From a virus (Duplodnaviria; Caudoviricetes), in IMG/VR virus record IMGVR_UViG_3300032332_001372, positions 1 to 62,269 of that record: 62,269 nt of DNA, one strand, 5' to 3'. Both the position numbers and the translations under genes were made by a program. Positions 55,521 to 62,269 of the stretch are shown in pieces. The notes beneath the pieces were generated by a model that was not told where the DNA came from, ran no database searches, and saw nothing but the letters and a program-made list of their open reading frames with translations. How positions within the stretch are numbered: the first letter of the stretch is position 1; each line of letters opens with the position of its first letter.

Positions 55521-55952
55521 ATGACCCTCACTCCAGTAGTCGCCGCACTTTTGAAGGCTTCATGCCCAACCGCGACACAGGATGTGAAGGTTAATCTTGC
55601 CCACCGAAAGAAGGCTATTAACACAGCCTCCTACGGTCCTCTCAACCCAGCGGAGCCAAATACGGATTACTGGGCAAAGATGGCTAAAGAATGGGATGTC
55701 ACACCTGCCGAGGCTAAGAAACAGCGTTGCGGTAATTGCGCCGCGTTTATTCAAACCTCGGCAATGAAAGAATGTATTACGGGCGGATTAGCCGCGGGTG
55801 ATACAAAGGCTGACGCATATGCAATTGATGCAGCAGGAGATTTGGGATATTGCGAAGCATTTGATTTTAAATGCGCATCTCGCCGCACCTGTCGCGCATG
55901 GATTGTTGGCGGACCCATCACAGATAAAAACTCAAAACCCTCAAAAAAATAG
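55521..55952 (+). CDS. Cys-rich hypothetical protein (putative metal/Fe-S binding)
   Basis: YGPLNP, RCGNCAAF, GYCEAFDFKCASRRTCRAW. Confidence 0.75.
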   Translation: MTLTPVVAALLKASCPTATQDVKVNLAHRKKAINTASYGPLNPAEPNTDYWAKMAKEWDVTPAEAKKQRCGNCAAFIQTSAMKECITGGLAAGDTKADAYAIDAAGDLGYCEAFDFKCASRRTCRAWIVGGPITDKNSKPSKK

Positions 55953-55999
55953 TTGATACAATAAACGCACTACGGGGTTTTCCAATCTTAGGAGCATAA

Positions 56000-58900
56000 A
56001 TGGCAATTTCTTCAAATACAACCGCAGGTAACATTTTTACACCAACGGAAGTTTTATACGACCCAACAAATAAGTTGCGCGTTGCATCTCCTCAGTCCCT
56101 TATCGATACCGACTTCGAATACGGCACACAGAGTTCTAAGTGGGAATCCCTTGGCTTGATTGATAATCGCCCTTTTGCTTATTCGTCACAGACTGGTATT
56201 ACAAATATCAGTTCAATAACACAAAATACAAACTCCCGAACAGTTACGGTTGCGCTTTCCACCGTTACAGCAACACCTAACGCAATTGCTGCCTCAACCC
56301 CAGCAACGGGTTTCTTTCAGGTAACTACTGCCGCAGCACACGGATTTCAACCTGGTCAGTATGTAACCCTTTCTGGCGTTACAACCACACTTACTTATAA
56401 CGACACCTGGTTAATTTATTCAGTTCCTTCAACAACAACTTTTCTAGTTCAAAGCACAGTAACGGGAACAGCAACTTTTTCAAGCGCTCAAGCACTTGCT
56501 GGGGTGGCACCTAAGAACTTCACACCAATCGTGGTGCAAGATACATTTTTGGTTATTGCTAACGGTAACTTTATTATTGAATCAGGTGGCGGAACAGCGT
56601 CATTTACTTACACAGCCCGCGCATCAAATTCAACGGGAATTACAGCAATTTATGATTCAAACAAAACGGCTATTTATCTTGGAGCGGTTTATGCAAACGC
56701 TTCTATCGGAGTGACAGGTTCAGCCACATTTACTCTTTCAGGAAACAAAGTAACCGTTGCAACCTCAGTCCCCCATGGGCTTGCCATTGGTAACGAAGTT
56801 GCAATTACAGGTATTACTGGAACAAACCCACCTAACGGCGCTCAAATTATTTCTCAAATTCAAGGCGATAACACATTTTCCTATTATGTAGTTGGCGGCG
56901 CACCATCTGCTCTTACAACATCAGCAGCAAATGTTTATGTCCGACCACAGGCTCAATTTCTACACCGCCCATTTGACGGCGGAGTTATGTTTTCATCCAA
57001 CGCATCATCAAACTACGAGCAGGCTATTCGCCAGACTCGCCGTTACTTCCGTTACCAATCAGGTAAGGGAATTCAGATGTCGTCAGGAACAGTTCTCAAG
57101 CCTACTTTCCAAGTAGATTCTTTAACTTCTTCAGGAACAACCGTTACAGTTCAAACAAAAGAAAAACACAATCTGCAACCAGGAGCAAATGTAACAATTG
57201 CAGGAGCAAACGAAACTGCATACAACGGAACATTTCCCGTCAGTTCTGTAACTGGATATAACACATTTACATACACGGCTTTAACAACTCCTTCAGCATC
57301 TCCAGCATCGGGTGACCATTACACAGCAATTACCTCATGGACTGGTGCAGTAAACCGCCTTGGAATTTTTGATAGCCAAAATGGTCTTTTCTGGGAATAC
57401 GACGGAACAACTCTTTCAGCAGTTCGCCGTAACTCAACTTATCAAATTGGTGGAAAAGTAAGCGTAGTAAATGGTTCAACAACTGTTCAACAGACTAACG
57501 CTTCTTTTGCTACTACTTTATCTCGTCAATTAAATCCAGGAGATTACATAGTAATCCGCGGTCAGTCTTACCGAGTAACAGATATTTCTTCTGACCGACA
57601 AATGACAATTTCTCCAGCATACCGTGGAGCATCTGCTCAATATGTAGTTATTTCTAAAACAATTGATACAAAAGTTCCTCAATCATCATTTAACATTGAT
57701 AAGTTAGATGGAACGGGCGCAACTGGATACAACATTGACCTTACAAAAATGCAAATGTTCTATATTGACTACACATGGTATGGAGCAGGTTTTGTTCGTT
57801 GGGGTGTTCGTGGTCCAAACGGAACCGTTACATATGCTCACAAACTAGCAAACAACAATACAAACAACGAGGCATATATGCGCTCAGGTAACTTACCTGG
57901 TCGCTACGAAGTAAATACAATGCCCCCTTACACAAAACTTACAGCGTCAATTACTTCATCCGATACAACAATTCCAGTAACAAGCACAACGGGATTTCCA
58001 ACACCAGTTAGCGCTACCCAGCCTGGAGTTCTCTGCCTTCGCGGAAATAGCGGAACAACAATTTCAATTACAGGTATTACCAACTCAGGCACCCAGGTAA
58101 CTTATGCAACAGCAAGCACAACTGGACTTGCCGTAGGTCAAACAATTGACATCACAGGAGCAACATCTCAAGCCTATAACGGGCAATATGCAATTGTTAC
58201 TGTTAATGCTAATACAAGCATTGTGGTTAATAGCACAGCATCAGGCTCAACATCCACCGCAACAGGTATTGTTCAAGTTAATGAGTATGTAAACTACACA
58301 GGATTAACTGCAACATCATTTACTGGTGTGACACGCGAAGTTGCTGGTCAAGGAACATTGGCTCTTACTATTGCCGCTGGTTCTAACAGCGCAACAGTTG
58401 GTTCAGCAACAGCCCTTCAAGTTGGTCAGCGTTTGGTTGATACAACAAACGGATACATTCCTGAAGGCACATTTATTGCAGCAATTAACGGCACCACTTT
58501 GACTCTTAGCCAGGCTGCAACAGGTTCTAACCCAACAGTAGTTGCAATCCCTATGGGTAACGGCGTTGGTCAAGCATTTACTTATTCAGCAACATCCCCA
58601 GTATCAGTTGAATACGCTTTCCCAACATTTGCTCCAAGCCTTGCACATTGGGGAACATCGGTAATTATGGATGGTCGATTTGACGATGATAAGTCGCTTC
58701 TCTTTACTTATGGTCAATCAACATTTACTGGTATTGCAGCAGGCGGAGCGGCGGCTCTTATGTCGATTCGCGTATCGCCATCTGTAGATAACGGTATTCC
58801 AGCAGCATTTGGTTCCCGTGAACTTATCAACCGTATGCAGTTGGTCCTTCGTGCATTAGATATTACAACAAAGACGGGCGGTAACCTTTTGATTACTGCA

Positions 58901-59245
58901 ATTCTTAATGGTGTGCCATCTACTGCGACAACTTGGACAAACGCGGTTCGTAACTCAATTGCAGGAAATAACTCCTCTCTTGCGCAAATTGCTGACTACG
59001 CTGGTGGTTCAACCCGTATGTATGGTGGAGAAGTAACAGGCGGATTCTTCGTATCAGGCACAGGTTCTATTGACCTTGAGCGTGTTCGTGACCTTGGAAC
59101 AAGCATCCTTGGCGGCGGAGGAGCAACCTCAGATTCTCAAATTTATCCAGATGGTCCCGATGTATTAACAATTTATGCTCAGAACATTGGAACAGGCGCA
59201 ATGGATGTAACTGCTCGTCTTTCATGGTCTGAAGCACAGGCATAA
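56000..59245 (+). CDS. Large virion structural/fibre-like protein with repeated HGLxxGxxVxIxG beta modules
   Basis: 1081 aa Thr/Ser/Gly-rich; RQTRRYFRYQSGKG and DYTWYGAG core. Confidence 0.75.
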   Translation: MAISSNTTAGNIFTPTEVLYDPTNKLRVASPQSLIDTDFEYGTQSSKWESLGLIDNRPFAYSSQTGITNISSITQNTNSRTVTVALSTVTATPNAIAASTPATGFFQVTTAAAHGFQPGQYVTLSGVTTTLTYNDTWLIYSVPSTTTFLVQSTVTGTATFSSAQALAGVAPKNFTPIVVQDTFLVIANGNFIIESGGGTASFTYTARASNSTGITAIYDSNKTAIYLGAVYANASIGVTGSATFTLSGNKVTVATSVPHGLAIGNEVAITGITGTNPPNGAQIISQIQGDNTFSYYVVGGAPSALTTSAANVYVRPQAQFLHRPFDGGVMFSSNASSNYEQAIRQTRRYFRYQSGKGIQMSSGTVLKPTFQVDSLTSSGTTVTVQTKEKHNLQPGANVTIAGANETAYNGTFPVSSVTGYNTFTYTALTTPSASPASGDHYTAITSWTGAVNRLGIFDSQNGLFWEYDGTTLSAVRRNSTYQIGGKVSVVNGSTTVQQTNASFATTLSRQLNPGDYIVIRGQSYRVTDISSDRQMTISPAYRGASAQYVVISKTIDTKVPQSSFNIDKLDGTGATGYNIDLTKMQMFYIDYTWYGAGFVRWGVRGPNGTVTYAHKLANNNTNNEAYMRSGNLPGRYEVNTMPPYTKLTASITSSDTTIPVTSTTGFPTPVSATQPGVLCLRGNSGTTISITGITNSGTQVTYATASTTGLAVGQTIDITGATSQAYNGQYAIVTVNANTSIVVNSTASGSTSTATGIVQVNEYVNYTGLTATSFTGVTREVAGQGTLALTIAAGSNSATVGSATALQVGQRLVDTTNGYIPEGTFIAAINGTTLTLSQAATGSNPTVVAIPMGNGVGQAFTYSATSPVSVEYAFPTFAPSLAHWGTSVIMDGRFDDDKSLLFTYGQSTFTGIAAGGAAALMSIRVSPSVDNGIPAAFGSRELINRMQLVLRALDITTKTGGNLLITAILNGVPSTATTWTNAVRNSIAGNNSSLAQIADYAGGSTRMYGGEVTGGFFVSGTGSIDLERVRDLGTSILGGGGATSDSQIYPDGPDVLTIYAQNIGTGAMDVTARLSWSEAQA

Positions 59246-59246
59246 C

Positions 59247-59762
59247 ATGGGAATCGTCGTTAATGACGGAGATTCAAAGCCAGTAGTTCTTGGTGGATAT
59301 GCAATGCAAAAGGCTTTTGGTAATTCTCAGCCTCTTGCAGATGCGCTTAAAGTATTGCTTGCAGATAATGTAAGCGTTTACTCTCGCGCTCACGGATACC
59401 ATTGGAATGTCGAAGGTCAAGATTTTACCGAATATCATGCTCTCTTCGAACAAATCTACGATGACCTTCAAGATTCAATTGACCCAATTGGCGAAAGCAT
59501 CCGCAAATTAGGTGACTACGCACCGTATCGCTTGCAAGATTTTGTTGCCATGCGCACAATTCAAGATTCACCAGTTCCCCCACACGACCCAATTGCCATG
59601 GCTCTTGATTTGCTAGTTGGTATTGACGCACTACTTACAGGTTTCAATAACTCAGCAGCGATTGCAACACAATTAAATGAACAGGGAGTTTTAAACTTCT
59701 TGGTAGGACGAGTAGAAATGTTACAAAAGTGGAAATGGCAATTGACAGCCTCACTTCAGTAA
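59247..59762 (+). CDS. dps: Dps (DNA-binding ferritin-like protein)
   Basis: HGYHWNVEG.DF.EYH.LFE.IY...D..GE, KW.WQL. Confidence 0.9.
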   Translation: MGIVVNDGDSKPVVLGGYAMQKAFGNSQPLADALKVLLADNVSVYSRAHGYHWNVEGQDFTEYHALFEQIYDDLQDSIDPIGESIRKLGDYAPYRLQDFVAMRTIQDSPVPPHDPIAMALDLLVGIDALLTGFNNSAAIATQLNEQGVLNFLVGRVEMLQKWKWQLTASLQ

Positions 59763-59938
59763 TACAAGCATTTTCGGCACTAGACCGATGTGACCGATGC
59801 CCCGCAAGGGCGTTAGTCCGCGCTCAGTTCCTTAACGGGGACCTACTCTTTTGCGGTCACCACGCTAAGGAACTGGGCAATGTGCTATTTATTAAAGCAT
59901 TATCAGTTTACGACCCTGATGGGATTGTAAGTCTTTAA
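59735..59938 (+). CDS. Small actinobacterial-type Zn-binding protein
   Basis: DRCDRC...LLFCGHH. Confidence 0.65.
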   Translation: MAIDSLTSVIQAFSALDRCDRCPARALVRAQFLNGDLLFCGHHAKELGNVLFIKALSVYDPDGIVSL

Positions 59939-60126
59939 ACACCATGAATCAGCGTTGAGATAACCGAACCAACGACTATTAAAGCAAAACTAGCAAGCAA
60001 TGTAATTCCCCATAAATAACGCAATTCAGGAAACTTTGCTGGCGGGCGCTTTTGCTTAATTATTTGATTGATTACTTTTGGGTGAATAATGTCATCGAAG
60101 CGTTGTTCTACATTTTGTTGGTCCAT
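59935..60126 (-). CDS. Small membrane protein
   Basis: ATG 60126 with GAGAGG RBS; C-terminal TM. Confidence 0.6.
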   Translation of the reverse strand: MDQQNVEQRFDDIIHPKVINQIIKQKRPPAKFPELRYLWGITLLASFALIVVGSVISTLIHGV

Positions 60127-60167
60127 ATATTCCTCTCGCGTTGCAATTTGCAACTGGGGTAAGAATA

Positions 60168-60740
60168 CTATGATTTGGTTTTAGATGCAACCCGAGGTTT
60201 TGATGCTACCTTGTTTTGGGTGTAATAAATAAAAGGCGAAGATGTATAGGCATCATTGTCCGCAGCAATTTTTAAAGCCATTTGAATTTTGGCTCCAGCG
60301 GCAAGCGCTCCAATGGCATAACTAGACCCTGAGCCAACGCCATAAAAACCTTTTGCATCCAGGCTGACAGAAAAATCATCAGACAATTCAAAGACTTCTC
60401 CGCCAATGGAAATCAAAAAAGCAAATTTTGTTTCATCATCCTCTGCATCCCATTTATATTCGTTATCTTTAAAGGCAATCTTTAGCGAGGGAACAACTTT
60501 TGCAATCATAAAATGATAAAGGTCTTTTTTATCTTTTTCCGTTGGGATAGGCGGAATCCAGATATGTTGAGCAATATCGCAAGGCGCACATTCGCCGCTT
60601 CCAGCAATTATGTATTCACCGCGTTCAGTTATCTTCACCATTTTAGGATGAGATGCGACGCGCCCGCTTCCTGCTGTTACTTGGCTATCTGCTCCAAATA
60701 CAACTTTGTCGGGATGCTGGACAGCGACGATTGTGGTCAT
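60168..60740 (-). CDS. Ntn-hydrolase, proteasome beta/HslV-like peptidase
   Basis: MTTIVAV N-terminus, ADSQVT..K, GSGSSYAIGAL. Confidence 0.85.
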   Translation of the reverse strand: MTTIVAVQHPDKVVFGADSQVTAGSGRVASHPKMVKITERGEYIIAGSGECAPCDIAQHIWIPPIPTEKDKKDLYHFMIAKVVPSLKIAFKDNEYKWDAEDDETKFAFLISIGGEVFELSDDFSVSLDAKGFYGVGSGSSYAIGALAAGAKIQMALKIAADNDAYTSSPFIYYTQNKVASKPRVASKTKS

Positions 60741-60759
60741 GCCGCAATCTTACTGGGTC

Positions 60760-61653
60760 CTAAATTAAAGCCAGGGCTGACTCGCTCCAGACTTGAGGCG
60801 TTCCCGTGTCAGGCGTATACCCGCCCGCGCCCGTGAAGAGAATAGGTGTATCGGGGAATTCATACCTAATCTGCTCCATAGCCTCTGAATAACCACCGAC
60901 GGTGTAATTTAATTCCGCTAGTGGGTCCTCAGCCAAACCATCTGCACCGCAAACAATAAAGATAAGAGTTGGATTAAAAGCCTTGGCTGCCTCAATAAAA
61001 GACATAGTGCCTAGTTCTAATCCTTCATCATCGGTATCGGCTGCTAATGGAAAGTTAAAGACTTTGTTATCAAAATCTGAAACTAAGCCAGTCCCAGGAA
61101 AGATTCCATATTGGTGAAGTGAAAACTTCAACACATTTGGATTAATCCTCAACAGATTCTCGGTTCCGTCGCCATGGTGAGCATCGCAATCAAATATTGC
61201 TACTCGGTGACCAAGAGCCGTAGCCTTAGTTGCCGCGATAGCCAGGTCAGCAAATACGCAAAACCCGCTTGAATAGTCATATTGCGCATGGTGCTTACCG
61301 CCTGGATAGTGAATTGCTAATTTGGTAGTTCCATTAAGCAATTCATCAAGAGCAGTAAGGGTTCCACCAACAAACAACTTTGCTAATTCGCCTAAGTCGT
61401 GGCGAGCGCCAGTCCATTCATCTGATAAACCTTTGACGGTTACATCGTAAACATATATCGGGTCATGGACCAGCAGCAAATCATCGGTATGCGGCATCTG
61501 AGGCTCAATCTCATAAATATTGTATTTATAATCTTGTCCTTTGAGCAGCAGTTGATTACGCGCTAATTGAAAGCGCCGCCCCTGGGTAGGGTGCGTAGGG
61601 TCAAACACCCAATTGGAATACTCGGGTGAGTGAACAATAATTGCATCTTCCAT
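60760..61653 (-). CDS. Zn-dependent deacetylase, histone deacetylase/AcuC family
   Basis: HP...R, GGKHHA, SGFC, DCDAHHGDGT, FPGTG, GADG..DPL, GGY. Confidence 0.9.
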   Translation of the reverse strand: MEDAIIVHSPEYSNWVFDPTHPTQGRRFQLARNQLLLKGQDYKYNIYEIEPQMPHTDDLLLVHDPIYVYDVTVKGLSDEWTGARHDLGELAKLFVGGTLTALDELLNGTTKLAIHYPGGKHHAQYDYSSGFCVFADLAIAATKATALGHRVAIFDCDAHHGDGTENLLRINPNVLKFSLHQYGIFPGTGLVSDFDNKVFNFPLAADTDDEGLELGTMSFIEAAKAFNPTLIFIVCGADGLAEDPLAELNYTVGGYSEAMEQIRYEFPDTPILFTGAGGYTPDTGTPQVWSESALALI

Positions 61654-61684
61654 ATCTATACCTCTCTCTCATATTAAACCCCCA

Positions 61685-61942
61685 TTATACTTTACTTTCT
61701 ATTTTTTCACACTTTTTGCATACTTTTTCAGGAACAAAATAATGACCAAATTGCCATTTATAGTCATCATCGTTTTCCCATTTTGCTTCTACATCCAAAG
61801 ACAATGATTGCCCGCAAAGAGTTACATGAAAAATATCTTTGAATGTTGGGTCCTTTATATGCCAATTGGAAACACGCATATCACCTCGGCGTCTTAACCA
61901 ACACTTATTAACGACTTCGTTATTTGGTCTCACGATAACCAC
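61685..61942 (-). CDS. Small hypothetical protein (start uncertain)
   Basis: HVTLCG...CKKC. Confidence 0.5.
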   Translation of the reverse strand: MVIVRPNNEVVNKCWLRRRGDMRVSNWHIKDPTFKDIFHVTLCGQSLSLDVEAKWENDDDYKWQFGHYFVPEKVCKKCEKIESKV

Positions 61943-62146
61943 TCCTTTAATTTCTCGACTGGATAGCCAATTTCATTTAGCCATGCAGTTACCTTTTCGA
62001 CATCTTCTGTAGCGCAGAAGAAATCAATTCCCGCTGAAAAAACATTAGATGTTGGCTCTGTCAAAAAGTATGTTGGAGCAACAGCGCCATAAAAGTTCTC
62101 GCATACATGCTCTGCAAACTCATTGAATAAAGCCTTGCGCTGATGA
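61930..62146 (-). CDS. 3' part of the junction-spanning ORF that starts at 365
   Basis: In frame after circularisation. Confidence 0.8.
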
Positions 62147-62269
62147 AATTCATCAGCCCAGCCAGTTGTCCAGCCTGATGCTAAAACGGTCATACCCTCA
62201 AAGTTCTTGACGGTTTCAAAATGACCGCGCCATCCGCTAGTCTGGACATATTTACGACCCTTCTCCTCA
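62147..62269. repeat. Direct terminal repeat, right copy
   Basis: Identical to 1-123. Confidence 0.95.

Overview
The window is a complete, circularly permuted genome of a tailed (siphovirus-like) bacteriophage. Bases 1-123 repeat exactly at 62147-62269, giving about 62,146 bp unique, and one ORF reads in frame across the junction. WhiB, an actinobacterial-type SSB, a muralytic transglycosylase-like gene and many leaderless genes point to an Actinobacteria host; a freshwater Nanopelagicales-type host is an inference. Recognisable modules are early small genes, head, neck/tail, lysis, recombination/replication (Gam, ERF, initiator with internal iterons, RusA), packaging, and accessory genes (Dps, Ntn-hydrolase, HDAC-family deacetylase). 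No integrase, DNA polymerase, tRNA or CRISPR array was recognised. The most interesting region lies between the MuF head protein and the scaffold (12.9-20.1 kb). Unrelated enzyme domains there (ADP-ribosyltransferase, GNAT, ParB-like, RelA/SpoT-like, an HDxxGH metal-binding domain, a possible SAM-lyase-like domain) are strung into polyproteins. Each is introduced by a recurring His-rich tag (K-H..HDQxTHGxW or K-[FY]NxHHDxIGRF) at a putative prohead-protease cleavage Lys. Several are followed by a tiny candidate immunity peptide: one overprinted in the +1 frame of a linker, one free-standing with an early promoter, one fused to the prohead protease. Other signals are a candidate sRNA displaying the complement of the early-gene RBS in a loop, a dispersed palindromic operator, and an apparent +1 tail-chaperone frameshift. 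All functional calls come from motif recognition by eye; no database searches were run.
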